A model generated the notes under the pieces. That model was given only the letters and a program-made list of their open reading frames with translations. It had not been told where the DNA came from and made no database searches. From a virus (lineage: Duplodnaviria > Caudoviricetes): 56,856 nucleotides of DNA. Location of the stretch: positions 1 through 56,856 of the IMG/VR virus record IMGVR_UViG_3300029169_000003. One strand, given 5' to 3'. Made by a program: the position numbers and the translations under genes. Positions 9,128 through 22,100 of this stretch are shown one piece after another (position 1 is the first letter of the stretch; each line of letters opens with the position of its first letter).

Positions 9128-9666
9128 TGAGTAGTTCTATACAAACATATAATAATAAATATTTCGATATTTTCAATCCAGACATTGGTAGTATCAACAT
9201 TGAAGATATTGCCCACAGTTTATCCAACACGTGTAGATTCGGGGGACATACAAACCAATTCTATAGTGTTGCAGAACACTCCGTTTATGTTAGTAATTTG
9301 TGTCAACATCAAAACAAATTATGGGGATTGTTGCACGATGCAGGAGAGGCATACGTCGGAGATATACCCACTCCGATAAAACGACAGTTTCCGTTAATCT
9401 CGCAACTTGAAGATAAAATAATGGAACTTGTGTGCGAGAAGTTTGGTTTAAACAAAAACAAACCAAAAGAAATAAAAGAGAATGACACCATTATGTTAGT
9501 TAGTGAGAGACATAGTTTACTAACTGTTGATGAAGCAAGTAACGATTATTGGGCGGAGCATGACGGCGTCGTAGTGTTACAACTTCCCCGCGACTACGGG
9601 TGGAATCCGGACAAAGCTAGACACATGTTTCTAATGAAATTTGGAAATTTGTATGAAACGGTTTAG
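9121..9666 (+). CDS. HD-domain phosphohydrolase (YfbR/YfdR-like deoxynucleotidase)
   Basis: IEDIAHSLS, CRFGGHT, YSVAEHSV, LLHDAGEAYVGDI, distal D. Confidence 0.9.
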   Translation: MVMSSSIQTYNNKYFDIFNPDIGSINIEDIAHSLSNTCRFGGHTNQFYSVAEHSVYVSNLCQHQNKLWGLLHDAGEAYVGDIPTPIKRQFPLISQLEDKIMELVCEKFGLNKNKPKEIKENDTIMLVSERHSLLTVDEASNDYWAEHDGVVVLQLPRDYGWNPDKARHMFLMKFGNLYETV

Positions 9667-9774
9667 TGAATGGGATAAACACACTAAAGGAGGGGTCGGA
9701 TGTTTGATCATTCTTATAATTCTTTCATTTGTTGTGTTTTTAAGTATTGTTGATATGGTCGTAGGTGGAAATTA

Positions 9775-9960
9775 ATGAAGACTATAGAAGTTACTATAAA
9801 ATGTTCATTGGTGTTTCCAGAAAACGCCACAGATATCGAGGTGAAACATTTTATAGAGAACACAACAACCCGTGTTTTTGAAGATAGTTTATTCGAAGTT
9901 GAACAAGTAAAATATAAAGAAATAAATGTTGATACCGGAAAGTTTAAAACAAAAAGTTAG
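9775..9960 (+). CDS. Hypothetical protein
   Basis: GGTGGA RBS and ATG. Confidence 0.55.
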   Translation: MKTIEVTIKCSLVFPENATDIEVKHFIENTTTRVFEDSLFEVEQVKYKEINVDTGKFKTKS

Positions 9961-10195
9961 AGATCGATGGGAAGAATTTACAACAGATACGGAACGATGG
10001 AATTACGTGATGTATGTACACCCGAACTTATTTACAGTCGTCCTCGACAACGACTGTACTTGGTGTCAGTTTAAGGACGACGAAGGAGACGAAGATGGGG
10101 ATATAGAATTTTTCCATTTCGACGAATTCCTTGGATGGAGCGAAGGGGTGTTTACGTTGTTACACGTATTAAACATCGACGCAGAAGGTTGTTAA
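9926..10195 (+). CDS. Hypothetical protein
   Basis: Coupled acidic ORF. Confidence 0.65.
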   Translation: MLIPESLKQKVRDRWEEFTTDTERWNYVMYVHPNLFTVVLDNDCTWCQFKDDEGDEDGDIEFFHFDEFLGWSEGVFTLLHVLNIDAEGC

Positions 10196-10207
10196 TTGTA
10201 AATAATA

Positions 10208-10280
10208 AGTGCGGTGGTGGAGCTGGCAACACGCGTGGTTTGGGACTACGAGATCGAGGGTTCGAACCCCTCCCGTGCTA
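10208..10280 (+). tRNA. tRNA-Pro(TGG), CCA not encoded
   Basis: Acceptor AGTGCGG/CCGTGCT; D arm GTG...CAC with GG; anticodon stem CGTGG/CTACG with loop TT-TGG-GA; T arm GAGGG-TTCGAAC-CCCTC. Confidence 0.85.
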
Positions 10281-10293
10281 CATAAAAAAATAT

Positions 10294-10677
10294 ATGATTA
10301 ACAAAAACAATATAGAAAAGTTTTTAGACGGTGATGCCAGAAATTGGGAAACCAATCCCGTCTGGGTTGTATTGACGGGGGAAGACTTTAATCCTCTAAA
10401 ACCATTCAAGAAAAAAGGTTTATTATTCCATCCCGTTTTAATAAAAAACAAAAGAGCAAACGAATTGTTGGGGAATATTTATCTGTCGGGAGACTCCGTA
10501 GAACTTGTAACGGATGTTGTCGAATTTGTTACGGGTGGATTGATATATACACGGAATGAGTTTGATCAAAAAACGGAATTAGGTTGGGTGAAACTAGATA
10601 GACCGTTGTATACGGATAATGGTGGAAGTTTTACAATGATACCAAACGAGAAAGGATACATTTATGTCGAACATTAA
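10294..10677 (+). CDS. Hypothetical protein (true start after the tRNA)
   Basis: In-frame ATG at 10294; the track's 5' extension reads through the tRNA. Confidence 0.65.
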   Translation: MINKNNIEKFLDGDARNWETNPVWVVLTGEDFNPLKPFKKKGLLFHPVLIKNKRANELLGNIYLSGDSVELVTDVVEFVTGGLIYTRNEFDQKTELGWVKLDRPLYTDNGGSFTMIPNEKGYIYVEH

Positions 10678-10993
10678 AAACCATCCAGTATGCCATATGG
10701 ATATCTGGATCCATTATACCGAAGAAGGTCAATGGGAGATGATGGATTGCGATTTCACCCCTGATCTATTCTCCGATCCTGAAAGTACTGGATGGTGGAA
10801 GGATGACGCGGAAGACGGGTTATACGACTATCCGTTTGAGAAAGTTTTAAATATTAACGTCGGGTTCGACAAGGTATACAATATTACAGGAAGCGTATAT
10901 CTGACTTACCCGGAACTTGGATTTGAGAATGACGTCGAATGTAATGTAAACAATATTAAATTAGTGGGTGTGTTTCCACTGGACGAATACTAA
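10664..10993 (+). CDS. Hypothetical protein
   Basis: Coupled ORF. Confidence 0.65.
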   Translation: MSNIKNHPVCHMDIWIHYTEEGQWEMMDCDFTPDLFSDPESTGWWKDDAEDGLYDYPFEKVLNINVGFDKVYNITGSVYLTYPELGFENDVECNVNNIKLVGVFPLDEY

Positions 10994-11238
10994 TGGATAC
11001 GGAATTTATAAACGGTATATACCGTTCAATACACTTAATGGGTATGGTGTTGGACAACGATAAAAAATACGTGTTGTATTTGGACCCCCACATTATTATA
11101 ATGTTGAACATGTTTAAACAACAACAAGACCCACTACAAAACACGGCACCCCGTCTAATGGATGTGGGGAATGCGACATTGTTGGGGTACAAAGTTATAC
11201 CAACATTATATTCTTGTAAATTTGTCGAAGTAAAATAA
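10993..11238 (+). CDS. Hypothetical protein
   Basis: TAATG coupling; last gene before the terminator. Confidence 0.6.
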   Translation: MDTEFINGIYRSIHLMGMVLDNDKKYVLYLDPHIIIMLNMFKQQQDPLQNTAPRLMDVGNATLLGYKVIPTLYSCKFVEVK

Positions 11239-11257
11239 TATTATGTACCAATATAAA

Positions 11258-11302
11258 TTAAAAACGGTGTAGGAGTTAATATCTTTCCTACACCGTTTTT
11301 AA
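11258..11302. terminator. Bidirectional terminator between convergent transcription units
   Basis: 17-bp perfect inverted repeat TTAAAAACGGTGTAGGA / TCCTACACCGTTTTTAA. Confidence 0.85.
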
Positions 11303-11304
11303 TA

Positions 11305-12159
11305 TCACACAACAAAGTCCGCATACAACTTACTTAGTTTTTTAACGCGTCGTTTCTTGCCGTCGTGGAAATCGTATATATTCTTACAACTTAAAAACGT
11401 ATTATACAACCGTTCAATACTATACTTAACGCCTAACGATGTTTGGTCCTTCATTACAAACTCTTCACCATCTTTCGGTAGTTGAACGATATAAACTTTG
11501 TCATACGGTTCTTCTCCGTTCTCAATCCCGCCGTAGGCGTACGCACTTCCCTGCAAAAAATGATTCCCGTTAACACTTTTCGATGTTTTCCAATCGATGA
11601 CAGCCCTATATTTTTCTTCCACAATACAACTGAGATCACGTGTTCCGGCCCAACCATGTTTAACACTACAAACAATATCCTCACAAGATAGAAACTCGAC
11701 ATTATATCTGTCAAGCCAGTTTAAAAACGATGTAATACTATTATTGACAGACTCGTTGTTTGTCAACATTGATACACCTTCAACTTCAACACCTTCTCCC
11801 AACATACCAAAATCTACAACTTCAGGAAACTCCCCAGTTTTAATATAGTATTTTATGTGCCTTTCTATCCAGTTATGGACAGTGGATCCTATGTTCATCG
11901 CCTCCTCAGACGTGCGGAACCGGGCGTTAGCTGCGTATTTGAAGATAGCGTTTAACTGTATATCGTTATAAATCCGACCAGGATGAATTTTTTCTTGTAC
12001 ACACTTCAAAGTTTCTTCCGCAGACCAGTAGACCAATCCGGGTTTATCGATAACGTTTAATATTGTTGTTGGGGATGGAATATTTACTCCATCTAAAAAA
12101 TACAAGTGGTCTTCATCGTTATATACTAATGTGTGTTTTCCGAATGTCTCTACTTTCAT
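11305..12159 (-). CDS. PD-(D/E)XK exonuclease (phage Cas4/RecB-like family, no Fe-S cysteines seen)
   Basis: PSPTTIL, GSTVH, AGTRDL, VIDWKTS, FLQGSAY motifs. Confidence 0.85.
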   Translation of the reverse strand: MKVETFGKHTLVYNDEDHLYFLDGVNIPSPTTILNVIDKPGLVYWSAEETLKCVQEKIHPGRIYNDIQLNAIFKYAANARFRTSEEAMNIGSTVHNWIERHIKYYIKTGEFPEVVDFGMLGEGVEVEGVSMLTNNESVNNSITSFLNWLDRYNVEFLSCEDIVCSVKHGWAGTRDLSCIVEEKYRAVIDWKTSKSVNGNHFLQGSAYAYGGIENGEEPYDKVYIVQLPKDGEEFVMKDQTSLGVKYSIERLYNTFLSCKNIYDFHDGKKRRVKKLSKLYADFVV

Positions 12160-12353
12160 ATTCCTCGAATTTTAATAAATTTTTGTCCACTATAAAACAC
12201 GTGTTCAATTCCAACACTCTCCACATTATATAAATCCTCAACCATCGAACAAGCAACATCAAAATTTGTATCATCCAAATCTTGAAACAGTAATGATTTA
12301 TCTTCTTCCATGACAATCATTGTTTTCCGCAACTTTGTTATAATGTCGTTCAT
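12156..12353 (-). CDS. Hypothetical protein
   Basis: ATGA overlaps on both sides. Confidence 0.55.
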   Translation of the reverse strand: MNDIITKLRKTMIVMEEDKSLLFQDLDDTNFDVACSMVEDLYNVESVGIEHVFYSGQKFIKIRGI

Positions 12354-12736
12354 CCCATCTTCTTTATTATGTCCACAACAACTTCTAACCATTTGGGGAT
12401 ATGTTCTAAACCCGTACCACCTAATAACGCCAACACTCCGTAAAAGATCCGTTTGACCCATTTATCCATTTGTGTCCACCGGGCGTTGTTAGTCTTGGTT
12501 ATTCCTTCGACCCTCTCCAGTCTCTCCTCGATATTATCCAACATAGACACAATGGCTTTATCGCCATTATCCTCTACTATTTTTTTTAGATATGCGACGT
12601 CTGAACGTAATATAGTTATAGTTGCAGGACTAACTAAACGTTCTATCTCTAAAACCTTGTTATCCAGATCTAACAACCTTAACATTAACGAACCAACAAC
12701 CGATCTTTCAGTTTGTTCTTGGTCTTTATTTGTCAT
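12350..12736 (-). CDS. Coiled-coil protein with C-terminal TM segment (lysis/holin-like candidate)
   Basis: Heptad-like core then RIFYGVLALLGGTGL; lies just downstream of the virion genes. Confidence 0.5.
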   Translation of the reverse strand: MTNKDQEQTERSVVGSLMLRLLDLDNKVLEIERLVSPATITILRSDVAYLKKIVEDNGDKAIVSMLDNIEERLERVEGITKTNNARWTQMDKWVKRIFYGVLALLGGTGLEHIPKWLEVVVDIIKKMG

Positions 12737-13176
12737 GATTCCAATAATAAACGAGCCAACTCGTTTTCATTTTCTCGTAAAACTTCTTGAGATTTCCGTA
12801 GACGTTCTATTACTTGTTCGTTGTGTTCGTTAATTTCTTTCAATGCTTCCACCGAAACGTATTGTTTCTTGATGGTTTTCTGGAGAGTCTTTTGAGTCGT
12901 GTTCACGCTCCTAACTTCAAATTGAAGATCTTTAACCAACGATTCCAATTCATGGTACGCAAAATCAGTATATGATTTATTTACAACCGGTGCAACAAAT
13001 TTAGATATCACCAAAGAAATTATTGTTATAGCAACAATCCCGATAAGAATATGTACGGGTATGAATAAAGGAGATATAACAAAAACAAAAATGTTGGATA
13101 AGGTGATAACCAAAGTCACAACAATTTTACTATCGTCAAATATCTCCGATATAGGTGTTTTATACGAATAATTCAT
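12733..13176 (-). CDS. Two-TM membrane protein with coiled-coil tail (holin-like candidate)
   Basis: Two hydrophobic stretches at aa ~18-60, charged C-terminus. Confidence 0.5.
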   Translation of the reverse strand: MNYSYKTPISEIFDDSKIVVTLVITLSNIFVFVISPLFIPVHILIGIVAITIISLVISKFVAPVVNKSYTDFAYHELESLVKDLQFEVRSVNTTQKTLQKTIKKQYVSVEALKEINEHNEQVIERLRKSQEVLRENENELARLLLES

Positions 13177-13179
13177 GAA

Positions 13180-16100
13180 TCAGTTCCGTTGTAATGCTTC
13201 TCTCAACCTACCACTCTTACCCATTTGCTTCATCACAACAGACTTCGCTCGACTCCTACCAGTTCGTACGGCCTTCTTAACCTTGTCCATATCTCGTGGT
13301 GTGGGGTTCTCAACATCAAACTTCATTCGTTTAATTATGTTGTAACTAAACTCTCCAGACAATCTTGAGTATTCCTGATACTCTTCATCTGTTAAATCTA
13401 TCTTTTTATTCCGGACAGTAAAGTAGGTTGCAGGAGGTAATGGTGGTTTATTCCCTTCCGTCAACTCCGGATTTTGCCAAAGAAAGTTCATCATCATACG
13501 GTCTACGGGGAGAACGCGGTCTGCATCTGTAACCCTCATCGGACTCATAAAGTCCAATAAAAACCTCGACGGTGTCGGAGGAATAACTCCAAACACTTTA
13601 CTATCTTCAGGCGTTTTCACAACCTCTCTACCCCACAAATCGTACTTCGCTGGTTGTGGTTGTATTAATCCTGGCAACCCTTTCTGTATAATCCTCTTAC
13701 CCATCTCTGTTATATGTTCTTCAAAACTCTCTCCACGAATTTTATTATCACGAACGTTTTGATCAACACTACCCAACCCTCTCCTCACAATGTTAGGACT
13801 AAACGATGAGAAAAAGTTAGGGAAAAACTGTTCACTTGCTCTACCCGGATCTTCAACAAATTCCATCATAGTTGATAATCCCTGGAAAAACGTTTTATCT
13901 CGGAATAATGATGTTAATGTGGACATGACGCGAGAAAGAGCTTCAGCAGGATTCTTACCCTGTTGGCGCACTTGACGCACTTCATCTAACGCGTCTACGG
14001 CAATCGCTAACGATGTCGCAAACGGTTCGATACGTGCGTAGGAATAATAACGGTTCCCCACCCTTACAGATAAAGGTGGAACACCACGGCGTTGTAGTTC
14101 CAATTGTCCTCTATCACTACGGAAGTTTGCTTCACTACCCGTTATCAACGGCAGTTCATCGTCGTCTCCTATATAAAACATAAGAGAGAATAACATTGCA
14201 GATGACATAACCTGTGTAACTATTTCTTCGAAACGTTGTTCGGCGTCATACTTTAAGTGTGTATTGTTATTATTCCACTGGTATCGTATATCCTTCCCCA
14301 TTTTATAGAGGATTGGTAGTGCTCCAATTATTGGTGCCTTCCTAAACCCCTGTTTAAGGATGTTCGTCGGTGTCGTAATAAACGGAATAAAGAATTTTAA
14401 TAAATTGTCGACGAACTTATTCTCCTGGTCTTTCGTTAACCCCTTCAAAAACGCTGTTTCTAACGGATCCTGAAACGCCAGATTTCGTGCCTTCAAATAC
14501 GAGTTATGGAAAATATCGTTGAATGCCTCTGAGTGCGGGTTGGATAAAATATGTGCAACCCTGTTCTCCCTCTGAATACCCGTCAATCCTTCTTCAGACG
14601 CGGCACGATATGCGAGAGAACTTGCCTCCAAGTGGAACGTTATCGACTTCAACAACTCGTCAGTCCATAGCAACCAGCGTGATGGTTGTCTCACAATACG
14701 TCCAGTCTTTCCTCCGATTGCGGCCCTACTACCACGGTCAAGTTTAGATGCCACCTTTTCATCAACCTCGGCTTCCAAAATTGGTCGTTCCAAACGATAC
14801 GCTAAATTCGCACGACGTATCGCACTCTTCATCATTACACCCATAGGTGCTTTACCCATGGCCGTAGGCAACCAACTACGGAAGAAATCACGTCCCTCCT
14901 TACTAACTAACTTTAATATCTGTCCGACTTCGCCCAACGTTGCCCTATTCGTTTTCTTCCCAAACAACTCATTCGCAATTGCTTCTGCCGGACGTTGTAA
15001 ACCGAACTCCCAGAAAGTGTTGGCCGTATTGCCAGCAAAGTTTGCAAGGTGTGTTGTAGGTGCGGACAATATACTATTCATCCAGTATTCGTATATCTTA
15101 TCCCCAAGTGTTGCATTTTTAGACGAAATCGTCCTCATGACAAACGCCAACGTGTCCATTCGTGTAAGGTCTTGTTCCGTCAGATTCAACACATCGATTT
15201 GGTATGACGCCAACCCGTGGATCACATCCTTGATGTCTTTTTGCCATTCGTTCCAAATACTATCAGTTTGTTTTTTTCTTTCTTGCGGACTCAAACTACT
15301 GTCGTTTTTGACTGCATCCAATTTCTTCCGTACTAATGCAGGAGGAGAGAATAGGGCGTTCAATATCATCCTATTCTTTCTTTCACTCGGCGTCAACGTT
15401 GGATCATAACCTGCTGCCAAACTTCGTGCAATATCCCCACGGAAATTACGGACTGCATCGATAGTCTTCATGACATCTGTTAATGAACTATCATCATTAA
15501 TATCAACACTATCAAATTGGCGTGAGAGTATTTCTTGTGCCACCAACTGATCTTCCAACAAATCAGTTAACCCGTGATTTAATAGTTTATTTTTTTCCCC
15601 GTCAAAATCATTGTTAACACGAGAGACGGCAACAGGTTTTTTAGAGGAAATGTCCACCATTATCGGTTCACCAACCTCATTCCGTATATTGTCCACACTA
15701 TCAACAATAATCCTTTCCGTTTCACTCCTACCAAAGTTAGCCAAATCTGGACGACCTTCTGGACGTGGAGATGATCCGTATATACTATTCCTTAGTTCTT
15801 CTGGATCGTACCGTTTATTAAACCTTAACGTTTTAACATCGGTATTGTCATCGATTGTACTCTCCTTTGTTTTATTTATAACAACAGCAAACCCCCCAGA
15901 CAATGGAGTTAAATTTGTTGTGAATCCTTCGCCCAATATATCGTTAACGTATACCAAAAGTTCGTCTGAATCCCAACCTTTAACATATGTATCGTCTGGT
16001 AGTATTTTAACACCGTAACCAAGCCCTTCACCTTTAGACCTATCGACATCTCCCTTCCAACGTCGAACTTTAATTATCGCAGTACCACCAACGTTTAATC

Positions 16101-19100
16101 GTTTTCCGATAACGTCAACAATTTCATCATTGTGTTGTTGTGTGCGATAAGACAACCCGTTATTGTTTATAATGAAATCGTAAGTACTTACCACTTCGTC
16201 GTTAATGGTCGACTCGACGTCAACAATATTTGAATCATCGACAATGTTTAACATCCCGCCAACTTCATCATATTCGTGTACTGTTATATCACCACGACGA
16301 GTAAGAACGTTTATACCTTCAGTTCCGGCACCATCGACGTGGAGTACACGGGAGTTTGTAGGAATTAAATCATTTATAACGTTATAAAATGAGACTCCTT
16401 CTTTTCTAGGTTTTAACGAAACAACATCAACATCATTTAATCCTAAGTCTTCCTTAACGACTCGGCGTTCTCTCCCACTACTGTCAACCCACAATACATT
16501 ATTAACACCACGTTCTTTCCTGTTAAACCTTAATGTTTTCTTTGTAGGTTTCCCCGTGTTATATTCGTTGTACATTTCCGAAACAACGTTTTCAAAATTC
16601 TTAACTCCTGTTGTTTTGGAAAAATTCCCAACAATATCAACAAGTTTTTCTGGAACTCCGACATTATCAAACAAACTCCGAACGAGTTGTTCGTTGCGAT
16701 AAATACTCCACGGTCTGTCTTTAATGTCGACACCCATCTCTGTCAACACTTCTCGTTGTTTGGAAAGTATTCGAGATTGTGTTATTACTGGATTCGGGTG
16801 TGGTTCAACATTTCGTTCACTGATTAATTTACTTACACCCAACAACATACCGCGTTTTTGGTTAGGAACGTTTGTAGTGTTTGGTACATTTACAGTTATA
16901 ACACTCCCTGTAAAACTCCCAACTTCAGACGAAGTGTTTATATCGAACTTAACTTTGAGTCCATAGTTGGAGGCAACGTTAACTAATTCTCTCTTAACGT
17001 CTTTGATGTCGCCAGGAATGTTAATACCTAACGCCTTCCCGTGTCTATCAATACGACCAACAACATCCCCCTTCAATAACTGTGGAGGTGTCGTACCTTG
17101 TCCTCGTTTACCAACTAATACGTTCCCTACATACCACTCTTCAGTGTTGTCGTTGGTAACACTTGGTTCGGCTCCCAACTCGCTCATTCGTTCGTAAAAT
17201 CCTTTTACATTTGTCTGAGTAAATTGTGATACTCCTTTAGTTTTGATTTTTAATTGTGATAAAACGTCAGCGACAAACCCTCGATAATCTTTACTTTTTA
17301 TTTTACTTCTGGTTTTTTCATTGACATTATCGTCGTTACTTTTGGTCTCGGTTTCAAAAAACGGTTTTCCGTTCCCATCATTTTCAACAACTCCTTCGTT
17401 GTTTTGGGTAAGTTTTCTAACTTTTTCATTTTTGACATTCGTTTTATTTGTGTTATCGATAACTTGTGTACTAACTAACTCTGGAGCAAACCTAACAACA
17501 GGTAAGTTTAACTTTTCCATTAACTCTGTTAAACTTTCGTATTGTTGTATAATTTCGTTTAGTTTATTCAGTTTATAACTATCAGTCTGTTCTACTAACG
17601 CGTTATTTAATTCAGGAGTATCAACGTAAGTTATTCCGACAACTTCGGAGTTCTCCGTTTGTAAACTAAAACCCGGAAACTTGTTATTTAAAACACCTAA
17701 CAATTCTCCCATGTTATCCATCGGTACAGGACTTCCGAAATCTATAGAAAATCCTGGACGATCTGTAGGTGTTGACACGTTTGGATCGTGCGTGGTTAAT
17801 ACAACCGCGTCATGTCCGAGTGTTTCTGACAACACGATAACGTCTGAAACGATCTCATCTACATTATTATTGTTTACTTCAAGTTGAACAGAAGAAGTTT
17901 TAACGCCAATCCCTCCAACATAAGTCGTGAAGTTTTGTAAAAATGGATTGGCCCCTAGTTCACTCCACAGGTTAACGCCAAGTTCAAACCCGTTCCCTTC
18001 GGGTTTATTATAATTTACCAACTGTTCTCTATTCCAATTCAATACCTCCCATGTACCAATAAGTCCTCTCACATCATTCGGTGTATACACCCTGTCAGGA
18101 GTTGAGAGATCCTTCGCAACTCTCTCCACCACTTCACCCAACACCTGACTTTCTTCAACCGTAATATCTTTCTCCACTAACGGGTGTAATAACGTGTTCC
18201 CCATCATTCGCTGAATCCCTCTCGCAACCCATCTATCTTCCAGCGATGTGTGGGGAGACCTTCCATCTCCACTATCCTCGTACATCATTACTAAACTTTC
18301 CATGGCAGAAACCTTAGTAGTATAATCCATCTCACCTGGAATCAACAAACCTCCATAACTTCCATCAGGATTGACGATAGTTGGATTGGTTATTAATCGA
18401 TCCCTCAACATTGTATTGACAACGTTGTTCTCTTCTTTTATCTGTTCTATAACATTCAAGAAACCACCAATTGAAGATGATTCATCAGTCAAATCACGGA
18501 TCTTCTGTTCCAATCCTTTATCTTTTGGTTTGGCAGCTTGTTGTTGTTTTAAATCGTTAAGTTCAGTCAACCGTTCGTTCAGTGAATTCAATAACGATAC
18601 ATTATTACCAACACGTTGTGTTAAGACAACATACTTCTGGTAATCACTAAACGATTTTAATTCAACGTCTAAATCTCCCAACACAAAACGTCTAAGAATT
18701 TCGTTTGCCTGTTCTCCTGTTATGTTCGGGGTTGATGAACTATTATACGTTAAACCGTTTATAAAACGTATACCTGGACGACCGTATTTGTTAACGACCG
18801 TACCGTATAATTTTTGTAGTGTAGTTAATAATCCATTATCGTTCGTGTTGATACCACTTCGAACGATGTCCGACACCTCCAACACTTTCTCAGGGGTGGC
18901 ATCTTGAAACACCTCATATCCAACTGGTCTCCAATCAATAACGACTACGCCTTCCTCGGTCCCGACAAAGTCAACTTCTGGTTCGGTAAACTTCATATTC
19001 GAAACTTGTTGTTTCGTAATTTCAGATTTAACAACACCGTAACGTGGGGACTTGGACGACACAACACTTGAAAATGTTGGACGAGTTTTATTATATTTTA

Positions 19101-22100
19101 CTTTTTCTGTTTTATCCGTTGATGGTAACTTATCACCAACAACAGAGTCTTTCCGTGTTGACAATACTGTATTAACCACTTCGTCCTGAACGTTGAGGAT
19201 GGCGTCACCTGTCTTCTCTCCTTTAGTCGGAATCGAATCACCCAATGACGATAACGTTACGTCTCGTGTTTGGTTGACTGTATCTATTGTTTCGTTAACA
19301 ACTTCTTCATCGACTTTCCCGGATGGTTTATTTACATCCACAACGTTATCGACAACAACTAATTCGCTATTCAATCGTCTAAACAACGATAAAGTTTTTA
19401 GTACGTTTTCAGGGCTTAATATTTCGCCACCGGATTGAATTGCGTTTGCCAACCTTGAAGGTATTTCTCCTGATTGGAGTGCCGTCCTCTCAACAGGTAA
19501 TACGACATTATTAAAACTCTTAACAATGTTATATAGTTTATTATCTTTTTCCGTAGCAACACGAAGTCTCACGGTTGCATCTTTGACAACGTTTTCGTTG
19601 ACACTATTACGAAGATTTTCAGCCGATAAGTATAATAAATTCCTTATCTCTTGTTGTGTGGTTCCGACATTGTTTAATCCAATTTTATTTAGAAATACTT
19701 TAATGTCGTCTAAAATCCTCTGTAAGAAATTCCGTTCACTAGGTTTCAGTTGTTCAAAAGACTTTGTTGCCAACTCGCCAAAGTATTCCTCCATTACCAA
19801 CAACTTCGATTCATTATCTAATTCGATCTTCCCATTAATAATACCATTAACGTTGACCAACGAACCGTTTGTTGGTGTCAGTTGATTTAAATATTTTGTT
19901 ATAATATTCTTTAATATTGCCGGATCAGTAATGTCAAAATAGTTAGATAAAGTTGTTTCAAAATCTTTCCCTAACAATTCCCTCAAACCGTAGTGTGTTA
20001 CAACTTCTTCTGCTACCAACTCCTGTACTTCGTTTTTAATATTGTTACCGTCAATCATGTCTGCAAACAATACAACACGATTATCCTCTGCTATAAACAC
20101 AGCAGAAGGACTTAACGCTTTCCCGGACTTGTCGACGTAAATTAAGTTAGATGGATCTACTCCAACCGTAGACGAAACGGTTATACTAGGTAATACGGTT
20201 ATTTGAACTCTACCTGTTGGAATATTTAATTCTGGCAACACGTCATTAACAACATTCTGTACTTCTTCGACTGTGGGCGTAGTCGTTAACGCCCTGTCCT
20301 GTTTTATCTTTGGATTCGTTGTTACCGTCGAACCGTTACGATTGACTGAAATGTTACTATCGCGTCCTACAGCTTGTGATACATCGTTAACAATACGTTT
20401 ACTACTACCTTCTACTTCTTCTCCGACTTGACTTTCGGTTGACTGTCCGACTGTTCCTCCACGTTCGGCGACACCTCCACCTTCAATTTCGCCTTCAGGT
20501 TCCCCATCGCGGTCCTGACCATCCGTTCTCTCTGTATCGGTTCCAGCATTGCCATCTTCATTCGGAGTTTCGCCGGTAATTTCCCCTTCACTAACCCCAT
20601 TAAGCTGTTCTCTCCTAACATCTATTTGTCCTTTTATATTGTTTAATAAACTTTCTAATGGTTCTGAAAATTCTCCAGGGAGTCCATTAATATCATTTAA
20701 TGTGTTTTCTACTACGTTGTTAACGATATCCAGTTCTTCATTACTTACCGTATCGCCATTCTCAATCTTATCTAAAATTTCGGTACTAACGTCGTCAAAC
20801 GTTTCGTCAAAAAAGTTGTTTAATCCTGGATTGTCTTTAAACTGTTCATTGATTTGTTCAGTCAAATCATTAACAAGTATATCAGATTGTTCGTTTGATA
20901 TATCTTGAGGAGTCGATAGTGTGGCACCATCAAGTTCCTCAGACAGACTAAATAACTCAGACATTAAACGGTTTCTGGCAACACGGTCTTCAATTGTGTT
21001 TGCAATCTCCAACCCGCGAAGTACTTGATCTTTCGCGTTTTGAACATCAACGATATCTACCGGTTTGTCTTCAACCAAACGGTTAAATACATTTTCAGTG
21101 TTGTCGTCAAATACGTCAAAAACAGATTGTTCAACAGTAGATCCATTGTTTTCTAAAACCTCTGTAATAAATTCGTTGACGTCATTCTGTAACCCTTCGA
21201 CATTATCTACATTAGTTTCTCCATCCACTTCACTAACGATACGTGTATCACTACCAAAAACATCGATGAAGTTTTGAGCCAACGTGCCGTCACCGACATC
21301 AACAAACTCTCCGTCAGTTTCAAATACCCTCAACGACGAAGGATTTCCCTCATCGTCATATTGTACTAAAACATCTTTCCCTCGAATATGACTTTTAATC
21401 AACGGGTCTTCTACCGTTTCAAGGAAAGTCTCTTCCTCTACTTCTTCCACGGTTTCTGGACCTATCGCCTCTTCAACATCAAACGTTTCTCTAATATCGT
21501 TTATTTTTTTCTGAACTTCAGTCGGTTCGACAACTACTTCCGTGGTGGTCTCTTGATCGGCGGTTCCTTCTTGTCCGGTTGGTTGCAACTGTTCATTTTT
21601 TTCTACTACAGTTTGTTCTTGTTTATTCTCTTCTCTACGCTTTGCGATCTGATCAATCTTTTCGGTCAATGCAGACAAACTCTGTTGCGCCGCACCTTGA
21701 CTACCGGCACTCAACATCTCCTGTGTTGCCTCCAGTAAACTCGCTTCTTCTCCTGCTAACAAATTTCCTGCCTGACCACCTATACCTTCACCTAACGCCT
21801 CATTAACAGTTCCGGCAACACCTTTCCCTACACTACCTAAAGTACTACTATCTATCACTTTCCCTAATCCAAATCCAAACAACCCTTCAACTACGGCAGT
21901 CCCCAACCCTTTTCGTTGCGCCTTGCTCTGCAACTCTTCACGTTTTTCAGGATTCTCCAACATTGTTGTTAATGATGTCGGATCAGTTAAATCCACACCT
22001 TCTTCCTGTAAGAATTGTGCAAACGCACTCTTCTTCTCAGAACTCATGGTACCGATAGCTGTACCTATCGCCATACCCCACGGACCACCCATCTTCTTAC

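Noticed and set aside
9121-9666. DatZ of a 2-aminoadenine (Z) genome system
   Set aside because: No PurZ or MazZ in the window; a generic HD nucleotidase explains the motifs. Not fully excluded because the genome is partial
10135-10293. N-terminal extension of ORF 10135-10677
   Set aside because: Overlaps the tRNA-Pro gene; an in-frame ATG exists at 10294
11305-12159. CRISPR-associated Cas4
   Set aside because: No cas genes or array, and no Fe-S cysteine cluster; ordinary phage exonuclease
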